From: Chthoniobacteraceae bacterium
GTDB taxonomy: Bacteria > Verrucomicrobiota > Verrucomicrobiia > Chthoniobacterales > Chthoniobacteraceae
Reading direction: 5' to 3'
Length of the DNA stretch: 51,712 nt
NCBI GenBank assembly: GCA_031409335.1
Contig: JANNWY010000111.1
Coordinates: 1 to 51,712 of the forward strand
A model generated the notes under the pieces. The model did no database searches and had not been told where the DNA came from. It saw nothing but the letters and a program-made list of their open reading frames with translations. Of this stretch, positions 8,302 to 18,141 are shown piece after piece (positions within the stretch are counted from its first letter, which is position 1; the number at the start of each line of letters is the position of its first letter). The translations under genes and the position numbers were made by a program.

Positions 8302-11239
8302 CCATGCTGCGGCGGAGGATGTGGCGGCGCATTTTGAGGCAAAGATTCGCCCCGTGCTCATCGAGCGGTGCATCGAGTGTCATGGCGCGGAGAAGCAGAA
8401 GGGCGGGCTGCGGCTGGATTCGCGCGAGGGCTGGGAAAAGGGTGGTGAGTCGGGGACGGCCATCGTGCCGGGGGATGTGGAAAAGAGCGTGCTCATCCAC
8501 GCGATTCGCTACACCGATGCGGATTTGAAAATGCCGCCGGGGAAAAAGGGCGGACGGCTTTCCGAGCAGGAGATCGCGGATTTCGAGGCGTGGGTGAAGG
8601 CGGACGCGCATGACCCGCGCAATCTTGCCGACGTGCCGGCGAAGCACACCGTCGCGGACCCGAAAACCTTTTGGTCGTTCCAGCCGGGGCGCGCGGTGAC
8701 GCCGCCGGACGTGAGCAATGCCGCGTGGGTGCGGACGCCGGTGGATGCGTTCATCCTCGCGAGACTCGACGCGGCGGGCCTCTCGCCCGCGCCGCGTGCC
8801 GATGCGCGGACGCTGGTGCGGCGCGCGTATTTCGACCTGCTCGGCCTGCCGCCGACGCCGCAGCAGGTGGACGCTTTCGCAAACGACACCGCGCCGGATG
8901 CGTTCACGCGACTCGTGGATGCGTTGCTCGCGTCACCCCAATACGGCGAGCGTTGGGCGCGGCACTGGCTGGACGTGGCGCGCTACGCGGACAGCGGCGG
9001 ATTCGAGACGGACGTGTATTACCGCCATGCGTGGCGCTATCGCGATTACGTGGTGAAATCGTTCAACGACGACAAGCCCTACGACCGTTTCGTGCAGGAG
9101 CAAATCGCGGGCGACGAACTGTGGCCGGGCGAACTCGACCAGCAGGGCGCACTCGGCCTTCCGGCGGAGCAGCAGCGCCGGCTCGAGGCACGCATCGGCA
9201 CGGGGCTGTTCGCGCTCAGTCCGCAGATTCACGAGTCGAACATGGATGCGCGGAAGATTTCCTACGAGCGCCTGACCGATTGGGCAGACACAACGGGCGC
9301 GGCGTTCATGGGCCTTACGTTCGGCTGCGCGCGCTGCCACGACCACAAATTCGACCCCATCACGCAGCGCGATTATTTCGCGTTGCAGGCGGCGTTCGCG
9401 CCGAGCGCCATCTTGGAGGAGCCGGTCGTCTCGCCGATGGAACAGACGGATTTCAAACAGCACTACCCGACGCTGCTGGCGGTGGATGAAGCGCGGAAGG
9501 CCGTCCGCCTTTTCGAGCAAAGCGTCGCAGGCCGCGCGCTCACTGCCGACGAGCAAACGCGACGAGCGCAACTCCGCGACGCGCTCGCGCAGCGCGTGCT
9601 CGACATTCCCCCCACCGCCACGTCCGCGCCGAACACCGCGTGGGACGGCATTTTTGAAATCCCCTGCGCTTCCGTGCTCGCCCGCGTGCGCACCGGGCTG
9701 GAGCGCCCGGTGCATGTGCTCAATCGTGGCGACCTCGACCGCGAGCGCGAAACCGTGGCACCCGCGCTGCCCGCATCGCTCGCCGCCGCCAGCGGCACCG
9801 CGCCCGCGCTGCCCGGCCCCGAGGGCAGCCGCGCCGCGCTCGCCCGCTGGCTCACCGACCCGCGCCATCCGCTCACCGTGCGCGTGCTGGTGAATCGCGT
9901 GTGGCACGGGCACTTCGGGCGCGGCCTCGTCGCGTCGCTGAATGACTTCGGGCAAATGGGCGAGCGCCCGTCGCATCCCGAATTGCTCGACTGGCTCGCG
10001 GGCGAATTCGTGCGCGGCGGCTGGAGCATCAAAAAGCTGCACCGCGTGATGATGCTTTCCTCCGCTTATCAAATGGACAGCCGTTTTCAAAACGAGCGCG
10101 CCGCGCTGGCCGACCCGCAGAATCGTCTGCTGTGGAAAGCGAACCGCCGCCGTCTCGAAGCCGAGGCGCTGTGGGACGCGATGCACGCCGTCGCGGGCAC
10201 GCTGAATTTGAAAATGGGCGGGCGTCCCGTCGTCCCGCCGCTCGCCGCGGACGAAGGCGCTCCGGCGAATTGGACCGTCTCCGCCGACCCCGCCGAACAC
10301 ACGCGGCGCGGCCTCTACATTTTGCAGCGGCGCAATTTCCGCTTCCCGATGTTCGACGTATTCGACCTCCCTGTGAACGCCGTCAGCGCCCCCGCGCGCG
10401 ACGTGACCACCGTGGCCCCGCAAGCCCTCTGGCTGCTGAACAACAGCACCGCGCAACGCCAAGCCGCCGCCCTCGCCGCGCGGCTCATCGGCAGTGCCGA
10501 GGAAAGCTGGAACCTGCCCACCTTCGGCCCCGGCCAGCCCGGATGGGAAGGCGCGAAATCTGGCATCCACGCCGGCTGGGCGAAGCGCGTTGCGAGCGAA
10601 AAAAACCCGCCGGATTACGACATCCCCATCGGCACCGTCCTCACCCACGGCGCGACCAGCGTGGCGTGGCGCGCACCGGCTGGCCCCAGCGGCCCGGCGG
10701 AAATCCGCGGCGGACTTTGGAACATCCGCCACATCGCCCGCAGCGGCCCGTGGAAGCTGTGGAAGAACGACACGCTGCTCGCCGAAGGCACGCTCGACGA
10801 CAAATCCGGCACGTCCGCAAAGCCGCTCACCTTCACCCACAACACGCCCCTTCAGCCCGGCGACATCGTGCGCCTCGAAATCCTCGAACCCGACTTCGCC
10901 GGAGTGCGCCTCACCATCACCACGCCGCAGCGCACGCACGACATCGCCGCCGACTTTTCCCTCGAAGCGAATCCCACACCTCTCGGCTGGCAATACAGCG
11001 AAAGCCTCGCCAACGGCGGCACTCCGCTTCCGCGAGTCCTCCTCGCGAGGCGCCTCGAAGACCCCGCCGCCCTCGTCGAAGCCGCATGGCGCACCGTGCT
11101 CGGACGCTCGCCGACTGCGGAGGAAAATGCGGAAGCCAGCGCGCTATTGAAATCCCTCAACGCCGCGCAGCCGCACGCCGCCCTCGCGCAGCTCTGCCTC
11201 GCCCTCTTCAACCTTCAGGAGTTCGCGTATGTGGATTGA
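8210..11239 (+). CDS. PSD1 / planctomycete cytochrome C protein (PSCyt1 + DUF1549 + DUF1553)
   Basis: CIECHG...GGLRLDSRE; YGERWARHWLDVARYADS; CARCHDHKFDPI; HPELLDWLA; RRRLEAEALWD; signal peptide. Confidence 0.93.
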   Translation: MRTWTFEIVFRQGWPSPCLSPIFLSLIFLSSHAAAEDVAAHFEAKIRPVLIERCIECHGAEKQKGGLRLDSREGWEKGGESGTAIVPGDVEKSVLIHAIRYTDADLKMPPGKKGGRLSEQEIADFEAWVKADAHDPRNLADVPAKHTVADPKTFWSFQPGRAVTPPDVSNAAWVRTPVDAFILARLDAAGLSPAPRADARTLVRRAYFDLLGLPPTPQQVDAFANDTAPDAFTRLVDALLASPQYGERWARHWLDVARYADSGGFETDVYYRHAWRYRDYVVKSFNDDKPYDRFVQEQIAGDELWPGELDQQGALGLPAEQQRRLEARIGTGLFALSPQIHESNMDARKISYERLTDWADTTGAAFMGLTFGCARCHDHKFDPITQRDYFALQAAFAPSAILEEPVVSPMEQTDFKQHYPTLLAVDEARKAVRLFEQSVAGRALTADEQTRRAQLRDALAQRVLDIPPTATSAPNTAWDGIFEIPCASVLARVRTGLERPVHVLNRGDLDRERETVAPALPASLAAASGTAPALPGPEGSRAALARWLTDPRHPLTVRVLVNRVWHGHFGRGLVASLNDFGQMGERPSHPELLDWLAGEFVRGGWSIKKLHRVMMLSSAYQMDSRFQNERAALADPQNRLLWKANRRRLEAEALWDAMHAVAGTLNLKMGGRPVVPPLAADEGAPANWTVSADPAEHTRRGLYILQRRNFRFPMFDVFDLPVNAVSAPARDVTTVAPQALWLLNNSTAQRQAAALAARLIGSAEESWNLPTFGPGQPGWEGAKSGIHAGWAKRVASEKNPPDYDIPIGTVLTHGATSVAWRAPAGPSGPAEIRGGLWNIRHIARSGPWKLWKNDTLLAEGTLDDKSGTSAKPLTFTHNTPLQPGDIVRLEILEPDFAGVRLTITTPQRTHDIAADFSLEANPTPLGWQYSESLANGGTPLPRVLLARRLEDPAALVEAAWRTVLGRSPTAEENAEASALLKSLNAAQPHAALAQLCLALFNLQEFAYVD

Positions 11240-11252
11240 GTTTTTTCCAAAC

Positions 11253-12344
11253 ATGCCGCGCGCGCTCCGCAGCCTCGTGCTGATGTCGTGCGCGCTGTTC
11301 ATGCCGGAGCTTCACGCGGACGAACCGACGACTCCGCCCGAGGTGTGGATGGCGGCGCTCCATCTTCCGCGCGACATGGCGGAGCGCGAGGCGGAGTGGG
11401 CCGAGGTGTTGCGCGGAGTGGATGGCTTTAAGTTTTGGTCCGGGCAGCTTGATTGGGATGAAAACGGCACGCCAAGCCAACTCGTGCGGTTGCTCAGCGC
11501 GAAGAAAATCAAGATCGCTTCAGAGCGAATGTATTGGCCGCCGTTCAAGGCCGAAGGCGGCTCCGAAACCACTCACGGGGCCGCTGGCCCGCTCGATGAC
11601 AGCATCGGCGAACGTGCCGCCGCGAACGAACTACGCCGCGCCGCCGCCGTGCAGCAGATGGGCGGTGCGCTGGCCTTGGTGGATGTGGACGACCCACTGC
11701 GGAATCTCATCCATCCGCACTGGCCGGCGCGTTTCGGCGGCGGGTTGAGCAGCGACGATGCCGTGCGCGAAATCGTGGACTACATGCTCGCCGTGCAGCG
11801 TGAGAGACCCGACATCGGCTTCTTCATCATCGTCAATCTGCCGCTCTGGGGCTGGAAAGGACAGCCGAGCTACGTGGGCAATGAATTCCTCGGCGACTAC
11901 CATCCACTCGTCGAAAAACTCATCGCTCTGGCGCGTGAAAGGAAGGCTCCGTTGCGGGGCTGGACGGTGGATTTTCCGCGCGATTACGCGACTGGTGCCT
12001 TGCGGGCCCACTGGCTCGCGGGTCCGCCGTGGAATCCGGCAAGCGTGGACTGGCTGGGCCGCATCCTCGAGCTGGAGCAGTTGGTGAAAGCAGGCGGGCT
12101 GGAATTCAATCTCGTCCTCAACGACAGCATGGCGGGCGAAAAGACGCAGGCCGACCTGAATCGCGCCACGCTCGAAATGCTCGACCTTTACCACCAGCGC
12201 GGAGGCCATCCGCATCGCTACATCGTGCAGAGCTGGTCCCCTCATCCGACCGCTGAGGAAGTGCTGCCAGAGACGAGTCCCGACACGCTCACCGGCCTCG
12301 TGCGAGCCGTCATCCAGCGCGTGAAACCAAGCAAGAATCAATGA
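11253..12344 (+). CDS. Secreted hypothetical protein, possibly a TIM-barrel hydrolase-like fold
   Basis: Signal-like N-terminus MPRALRSLVLMSCALF...HA-DE; typical codon usage; ATGA overlap with the next gene. Alternative GTG start at 11229. Confidence 0.7.
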   Translation: MPRALRSLVLMSCALFMPELHADEPTTPPEVWMAALHLPRDMAEREAEWAEVLRGVDGFKFWSGQLDWDENGTPSQLVRLLSAKKIKIASERMYWPPFKAEGGSETTHGAAGPLDDSIGERAAANELRRAAAVQQMGGALALVDVDDPLRNLIHPHWPARFGGGLSSDDAVREIVDYMLAVQRERPDIGFFIIVNLPLWGWKGQPSYVGNEFLGDYHPLVEKLIALARERKAPLRGWTVDFPRDYATGALRAHWLAGPPWNPASVDWLGRILELEQLVKAGGLEFNLVLNDSMAGEKTQADLNRATLEMLDLYHQRGGHPHRYIVQSWSPHPTAEEVLPETSPDTLTGLVRAVIQRVKPSKNQ

Positions 12345-13753
12345 ACTCCACCCACTGCCATCGCCACGCCGCCGCGTTCTCGCGCCGGGATTTCCTTCGC
12401 CAATCCGCGATCGGCTTCGGCGCGTCGGCACTAGGATTTTTAGCGGCACAAGAGGCCGTCGCCGCGACGAATCCGCTCGCGCCCAAGCCGCCGCATTTTC
12501 CCGGCAAGGCGAAGCGCGTCATCTTTTTCTTCATCGGCGGTGGGCCGAGCCAGCTTGAGACGTTCGACCCGAAACCGGCGCTGGTGAAATACAACGGACA
12601 GCCGATGCCTGAGAGTTTTAAGGCTGAAGGCCTTCAGTTGCAGTTTATGAAAGCGAGCGATGGCAGGCTGATGGCGTCGTCGTTTCCGTTCACGAAACAT
12701 GGGCAGTCGGGGCTGGAGATTTCATCGCTTTTTCCCCACCTTGCGCAGCACGCGGACGACCTCGCGGTGATTCGCTCGTGCCATCACGAGTCGTTCATCC
12801 ACGGCCCGGCCTCCGCCCTCATGAACACCGGCTCGACGCTGCTCGGGCATCCGAGCGCGGGCGCATGGGTCACTTACGGACTCGGCAGCGCGACGGATAA
12901 TTTGCCCGCCTACATCACCATGACCGACGGCGGATTCCGTGCGGGTCCGGCGGTGAGTTATGGCAGCGGATTTCTGCCCGCCATTTATCAAGGCACCGTG
13001 CTGCGTGCCGAGGGCACGCCGATTTCCAATCTCTCGCCCACGAACGCAAACGAGCAGCGCACCGTGCTCGACACGCTCACTCGCTGGAACGCTCGCTTCG
13101 CTGCCGAGCGCCCCGACGATTCACGCCTCGCCGCGCAGCTCGCCAACTACGAACTCGCCTACCGGATGCAGACCGCCGCACCCGACCTCATCGCCATCGG
13201 CGATGAAAGCACCGCGACCCGCGAACTCTACGGCGTGGACAAGGAACCCACTGCGAAATTTGGCCGCATGTGCCTGCTCGCGCGGCGCATGGCCGAGCGC
13301 GGCGTGCGCTTCATCCAGCTCTACAACAACGACTGGGACGGTCACGGCGAGTGCGCACAAAACCACGCCGCCAACGCCGCCCGCACCGACCAGCCCATCG
13401 CCGCACTGCTCACCGATTTGAAAGCACGCGGCCTGCTCGAAAGCACGCTTGTCGTGTGGGCCGGCGAATTTGGACGCACACCCGTGATGCAGGGCGCGAA
13501 TGGACGCGATCACAGCCCCTACGGCTTCAGCGTGTGGCTGGCCGGCGGCGGCGTGCGCGGCGGACAAGCCATCGGCGCGACCGACGAACTCGGCTTCCGC
13601 GCCGTGGAAAACAAAGTCCATGTCCATGACCTCCACGCCACCATGCTCGCCGCCCTCGGCCTCGATCACGAAAATCTCACCTACCATTTCGAGGGCCGCG
13701 CGCGGAGGCTGACGGATGTGTTCGGGCACGTCGTTAGGGAGGTGCTGGCGTGA
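12341..13753 (+). CDS. DUF1501 domain protein (Tat-exported)
   Basis: SRRDFL; AKRVIFFFIGGGPSQLETFDPKP; WAGEFGRTP; GRDH; HVHDLHAT. Confidence 0.95.
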   Translation: MNSTHCHRHAAAFSRRDFLRQSAIGFGASALGFLAAQEAVAATNPLAPKPPHFPGKAKRVIFFFIGGGPSQLETFDPKPALVKYNGQPMPESFKAEGLQLQFMKASDGRLMASSFPFTKHGQSGLEISSLFPHLAQHADDLAVIRSCHHESFIHGPASALMNTGSTLLGHPSAGAWVTYGLGSATDNLPAYITMTDGGFRAGPAVSYGSGFLPAIYQGTVLRAEGTPISNLSPTNANEQRTVLDTLTRWNARFAAERPDDSRLAAQLANYELAYRMQTAAPDLIAIGDESTATRELYGVDKEPTAKFGRMCLLARRMAERGVRFIQLYNNDWDGHGECAQNHAANAARTDQPIAALLTDLKARGLLESTLVVWAGEFGRTPVMQGANGRDHSPYGFSVWLAGGGVRGGQAIGATDELGFRAVENKVHVHDLHATMLAALGLDHENLTYHFEGRARRLTDVFGHVVREVLA

Positions 13754-13764
13754 AGCATGAAACC

Positions 13765-13835
13765 TTCACCACCGGCCCCGCCGACATGGGCTACCCGAGC
13801 ACCGCCCAACTCCCCGACGGCAAGCTCGTCACCGT
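13765..13835 (+). pseudogene. 71-bp remnant of a BNR/sialidase gene 3' end (near-copy of 41481-41551)
   Basis: Encodes FTTGPADMGYPSTAQLPDGKLVTV; 66/71 nt identical to 41481-41551 by hand count. Confidence 0.8.
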
Positions 13836-13860
13836 CATCTTGAAAGCTCGAATCATCTCC

Positions 13861-15264
13861 ATGAAAATTCTCATCCTCATCTTCGCTCTCGCGTCCTTCA
13901 CCGTGGCCGCCTCCGCCGCCGACCCGCGGAAGCCCAACGTCCTTTTCATCGCCGTGGATGATCTCAACGCATGGGTCGGGCACCTCGGAAAAAATCCGCA
14001 GACCCTCACGCCTAACATCGACCGCCTCGCGAAGATGGGTGTCACTTTCACCCATGCCTACTGCGCCGCGCCGGTCTGCAATCCCTCGCGAGCCGCGCTG
14101 ATGAGCGGCCTGCGTCCCGGCCAGACCGGCGTGTATGACAATGGCCAGCGGTGGGAGCCGGTTATTCCCGTCGAGCAGACGCTCACTACCCAGTTTAAGA
14201 AGGCTGGCTATCGCGTGCTTGGCGCGGGGAAAATCTACCATGCCAGCGTGCAACGGCCCGGCGAGTGGGATGAATACTTTACCGAGCGCGGCAACGAACG
14301 CGGGGCGAAGCGCGATGCGAGCGCAAAGGACGACGGCGTGGGTGGCATCAAATTCGCGCCGCTCGACTGCAAGGATAGTGCGCTGCCGGACTTTCATACT
14401 ATTAGCTATGGCATTGAGCGGCTTGGTCAGAAGCATGACCAACCCATGTTTCTCGCGCTGGGTCTGCACAAGCCGCACATGCCTTGGAACGTTCCAAAGA
14501 ATTACTACGACCTGCACCCACTGGATCAAATCGAACTCCCGCCGCACACCACGAGTGACCTCGCCGATGTGCCGCCCGCCGGCCTCCGCATGGCGAAGCC
14601 GGAAGGCGACCACGCGAAGATGCTCGCCTCGGGCCGCTGGAAGGAAGCTGTGCAGGCTTACCTCGCGGCGATTTCGTTTTGCGACGCGCAGATTGGGCGC
14701 TTGCTCGATGCTTATGAAAAATCGCCGGAGCGCGAGAATACGATCATCTGCTTTTGGAGCGACCACGGCTGGAACCTTGGTGAAAAAGAGCATTGGCGAA
14801 AGTTCGCGCTGTGGGAGGAAACCACGCGGATGCCTTTCATCTGGGTCGCGCCCGGCGTGACGAAACCCGGCGGCGTCTGCGCGCAGCCCGTGGACCTGAT
14901 GAGCATCTATCCCACGCTCTGCTCACTAGCTAACATTCCCAAGCCCGCGCATGTCACCGGCGAAAACATCCGCCCGCTGCTCGCCGACCCCGCCGCTGCC
15001 TGGAGCGCGCCCGCCATCACGACCTATCATCTTAACAACCACGCGATCCGCACCGCGCAATACCGCTACATCCGATATGCCGACGGCGGCGAGGAACTCT
15101 ACGACCACGCCACCGACGAGAACGAATGGACCAACCTCGCGACGAAGCCCGAGTTTGCAGACATCAAAGCCGGGCTCGCCAAATGGCTTCCGACAGAAAA
15201 CGCTGCCGAACTCCCGCGTGGCAACCAGGACGGCGAAGCCAGCGCAACTGACACGTTGAAATGA
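13861..15264 (+). CDS. Sulfatase (Cys-type, iduronate-2-sulfatase-like)
   Basis: Signal peptide; PNVLFIAVDDL; CNPSRA (CxPxR); GKIYH; KPHMPW; SDHG; WRKFALWE. Confidence 0.95.
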   Translation: MKILILIFALASFTVAASAADPRKPNVLFIAVDDLNAWVGHLGKNPQTLTPNIDRLAKMGVTFTHAYCAAPVCNPSRAALMSGLRPGQTGVYDNGQRWEPVIPVEQTLTTQFKKAGYRVLGAGKIYHASVQRPGEWDEYFTERGNERGAKRDASAKDDGVGGIKFAPLDCKDSALPDFHTISYGIERLGQKHDQPMFLALGLHKPHMPWNVPKNYYDLHPLDQIELPPHTTSDLADVPPAGLRMAKPEGDHAKMLASGRWKEAVQAYLAAISFCDAQIGRLLDAYEKSPERENTIICFWSDHGWNLGEKEHWRKFALWEETTRMPFIWVAPGVTKPGGVCAQPVDLMSIYPTLCSLANIPKPAHVTGENIRPLLADPAAAWSAPAITTYHLNNHAIRTAQYRYIRYADGGEELYDHATDENEWTNLATKPEFADIKAGLAKWLPTENAAELPRGNQDGEASATDTLK

Positions 15265-17435
15265 AAAAGATGGCTGCTTCTGTCCTTCATTTTTTTGTCT
15301 TACCACGCCGTTATGCGCTGGTTTTTTTACGACAGAAAAATGGAAGACAGAAAGATGGGGCGGGAGGCTTGGGCTGGCTTTGGATGTTGCTGGTTTTGTC
15401 GCTCGGCGTGGCGCGGGCGGAGGAGCCGCTGGACTCGGCGGCCCGGATTCATGCGCTGTCGGCGGAGGAGGCGGATCGTGCGCTGCCGGTGACGCTGGAG
15501 GGTGTGGTCACGTTTTACGACCGGCGATGGAATGCGCTTTTTATTCAGGATCGCAGCGGCGGGTTGTATGTGAAAATCGCGTCCGATAATCCTGCGGTGG
15601 CCACGCTGCGCGCGGGGTTGCGCGTGCAGGTCGAGGGCGTGACGGGACGCGGCCATTTTCTCCCGGAAGTCCGGGGCCGCGATGGCGCGGGGGCCACGGT
15701 GCGGATCATCGGTGAGGCGGCGCTGCCGGAGCCTCTCGCGGTGACGGGCACGCAATTGACCGCTCCCGAACTGGATTGCCAGTGGGTGGAACTTTCCGGC
15801 GTGGTGCGCCCGCCGCGCACTTACCGGCGGGACGCGGTCTTTGCGATCGAGGCCGAGGGGCGCACGTTTTATTGTTACCTGCCGGATGGGGGAAGGCCGC
15901 GCGATCTCGTGCCGGGGATGCTCGGCGTGGGCGTGCGCGTGCGGGCCGTGGCGGGCACGCTTTTCAATGACCGCCGGCAGATGACTGGCCGCGTGCTCTA
16001 CCTGGCCTCGCTCGATCAGGTGCAGGTGCCGGTTGCCGCGGTCGCGCAGGAGGATGTGTTTTTGCGCCCGCTCACCGCCTTTGACGATCTGCTGCGCGGC
16101 GGTCTCCCGGCGGCGCACGATCGGAAAAAGGTGCGCGGGATCGTGATGCTGCCGCTGACCAATGAGGGATTTTTTTTGCGCGGCGAAACGGGTGGCGGGC
16201 TGTGGGTGCAGACTTCGCAGCAGGTGACGGCGAAAAATGTGAGGCCGGGCGACATCGTGGAAGTGGCGGGGTGGCCGGAGGCGGCGGACTACCGTCCGGA
16301 TTTGCGCGGCGGAGTGTTTCGCGTGGTCGGGAATGCCGGGGCGAGGCCGGAGCCGGTGCGCGTGCCGGCGGCGGAATTGCTCGCCGCCGCGCATCACGCC
16401 GATCTCGTGGAGGTGCAGGGCAGCGTGATCGGACGGCTCGACAACGATGAAAGCACGCGCCTCATTTTGTCGGATGGCTCCACCGTTTTCGAGGCGCGGC
16501 TGATGCGTGAGGGCGGCGCGCCCATTCTCCCCGACTGGCCGCGCGACACCCGGCTGCGGCTCACGGGCGTTTGCCAAAATCTCCCCGGCGAGGCGCTGTC
16601 GAACCCCCAGCGCAGCCCGACTTTTATGATCCGGCTCCACCGCCGCGAGGACGTGCAAGTGCTCTCCACGCCGCCGTGGTGGACCACGCGCCGGCTGATC
16701 TGGGGACTCGCGGCGGCGGCGGGTTGCGCACTGCTCGCTGGCGGCTGGGCATTTACCCTGCGGCATCGCGTGACCGCGCAGACTCGCGTGATCGAGGCCC
16801 AGGTCCGCCGCGCCGGAGTGGAGGAGGAAAGGCAGCGGCTCGCGCGCGAGTTGCACGATTCTCTGGAGCAGGAAATGACCGGCGTCGGCCTGCAACTCGA
16901 GACGGCGCTCGCGCGCATGGACGGGCCGCCGGAGCCGGTGCGGCGTTCGGTGGAAAATGCCCGCCGCCTCTTGCAGCGCACGCAGCGCGAGACCCGCGAA
17001 GCCATCTGGGATCTCCGCACCGTGCCGGGCGATCCGCAGGTGCTGCCGGGCCTGCTGCGCGAGGGGCTGGCACCGCTCGTGGAAAGCGCCGGGGCCGAAA
17101 TCGAAATCGTTTGCGACAGCGCACTCCCCGATTCGCTGCCCCGCACGATCACGCATCACCTGCTGCGCATCGCGCACGAGGCGGTCGCGAATGCCCTGCG
17201 CCACGGCCACGCCCGGCAGCTCGCGCTGCGGCTCGTTTTCACCCCGGGCACCGTGACGCTCACCGTCACCGACGACGGCGGCGGCTTCGATCCCGCGCGG
17301 GCGCTCGGCGCGACGCAGGGCCATTTCGGGCTGACCGGCGTGCGCGAACGCGCGGCGAAATGCGGCGGCTCCGTGGAGATAAGCAGCGCGCCGGGCCGGG
17401 GAACTGCGCTAACTTTCACCGCACCGCTCCCATGA
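15261..17435 (+). CDS. Sensor histidine kinase (HisKA_3 / NarQ-like) with a large extracytoplasmic domain; start may be 15384
   Basis: TM helix, then EERQRLARELHDSLEQ, EAVANALRHG, DDGGGFD, GHFGLTGVRERA and PGRGT. Confidence 0.92.
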   Translation: MKKMAASVLHFFVLPRRYALVFLRQKNGRQKDGAGGLGWLWMLLVLSLGVARAEEPLDSAARIHALSAEEADRALPVTLEGVVTFYDRRWNALFIQDRSGGLYVKIASDNPAVATLRAGLRVQVEGVTGRGHFLPEVRGRDGAGATVRIIGEAALPEPLAVTGTQLTAPELDCQWVELSGVVRPPRTYRRDAVFAIEAEGRTFYCYLPDGGRPRDLVPGMLGVGVRVRAVAGTLFNDRRQMTGRVLYLASLDQVQVPVAAVAQEDVFLRPLTAFDDLLRGGLPAAHDRKKVRGIVMLPLTNEGFFLRGETGGGLWVQTSQQVTAKNVRPGDIVEVAGWPEAADYRPDLRGGVFRVVGNAGARPEPVRVPAAELLAAAHHADLVEVQGSVIGRLDNDESTRLILSDGSTVFEARLMREGGAPILPDWPRDTRLRLTGVCQNLPGEALSNPQRSPTFMIRLHRREDVQVLSTPPWWTTRRLIWGLAAAAGCALLAGGWAFTLRHRVTAQTRVIEAQVRRAGVEEERQRLARELHDSLEQEMTGVGLQLETALARMDGPPEPVRRSVENARRLLQRTQRETREAIWDLRTVPGDPQVLPGLLREGLAPLVESAGAEIEIVCDSALPDSLPRTITHHLLRIAHEAVANALRHGHARQLALRLVFTPGTVTLTVTDDGGGFDPARALGATQGHFGLTGVRERAAKCGGSVEISSAPGRGTALTFTAPLP
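15278..15357. repeat. GACAGAAAAAT element copy 2, arms in reversed (back-to-back) order
   Basis: TTCTGTCCTTCATTTTTTTGTCTTA (15278-15302) precedes TACGACAGAAAAATGGAAGACAGAAAGATG (15328-15357); 21/25 complementary. Confidence 0.75.
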
Positions 17436-18070
17436 CTGCCGCCGCCGATCGCTTGCGCATCCTGCTCGCGGACGACCACTTTGTCGTCCGCCTCGGTCTC
17501 GCCGACCTGCTTTCCACCGAGCCGGGATTCACCGTCATCGGCCAGGCGTCCGATGGCGTGGAAGCCGTGGAGATGTTCGCGCGGCTGCGTCCCGACGTGA
17601 TGGTGCTCGATTGGGAACTGCCGCGGCTGACCGGGCCGGAAGTCGTCGCCAGCATCCGCCGCGAGACGCCGGAGGCGCGGCTGATGATCCTCAGCGTCCA
17701 CGATTCCGAAGAGGCCGTCTGGCGCGCGGTCGAGGCCGGCGCGTCCGGCTACGTCCTGAAATCGGCGCGCCGCGAAGACCTCATCGCCGCGATCCGCGCG
17801 GTGGCGGCTGGCGGCGAATTTTTCCCGCCCGCCATCGCCGCCCGACTGCGCGCCCGCCAGTCCCGCACCTCCCTCACGGCGCGGGAAAACGACGTGCTGG
17901 CCTGCGTGGTGGAAGGTCTCGCCAACAAGGAAATCGCCGGGCGTCTGGGCCTCGCCGAACCGACCGTGAAAATGCACCTCGTCTCGCTCTTCGAGAAGCT
18001 GGGCGCGCGCGACCGCACTCAGGCCGCCATGCTCGCCGTGCGCCGCGGATTGATCCGCCCGCCGGGGTGA
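17432..18070 (+). CDS. NarL/LuxR-family response regulator
   Basis: ILLADDHFVVRLG; PDVMVLD; GASGYVLK; LTARENDVL...GLANKEIA...TVKMH; ATGA overlap with the kinase. Confidence 0.95.
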   Translation: MTAAADRLRILLADDHFVVRLGLADLLSTEPGFTVIGQASDGVEAVEMFARLRPDVMVLDWELPRLTGPEVVASIRRETPEARLMILSVHDSEEAVWRAVEAGASGYVLKSARREDLIAAIRAVAAGGEFFPPAIAARLRARQSRTSLTARENDVLACVVEGLANKEIAGRLGLAEPTVKMHLVSLFEKLGARDRTQAAMLAVRRGLIRPPG

Positions 18071-18141
18071 TTCGCGGGATCGCCCGCACCCATCCGATTG
18101 GACGTATAGCCAAAGCCCGCGCCGGGTGTTACCGGGGCATC

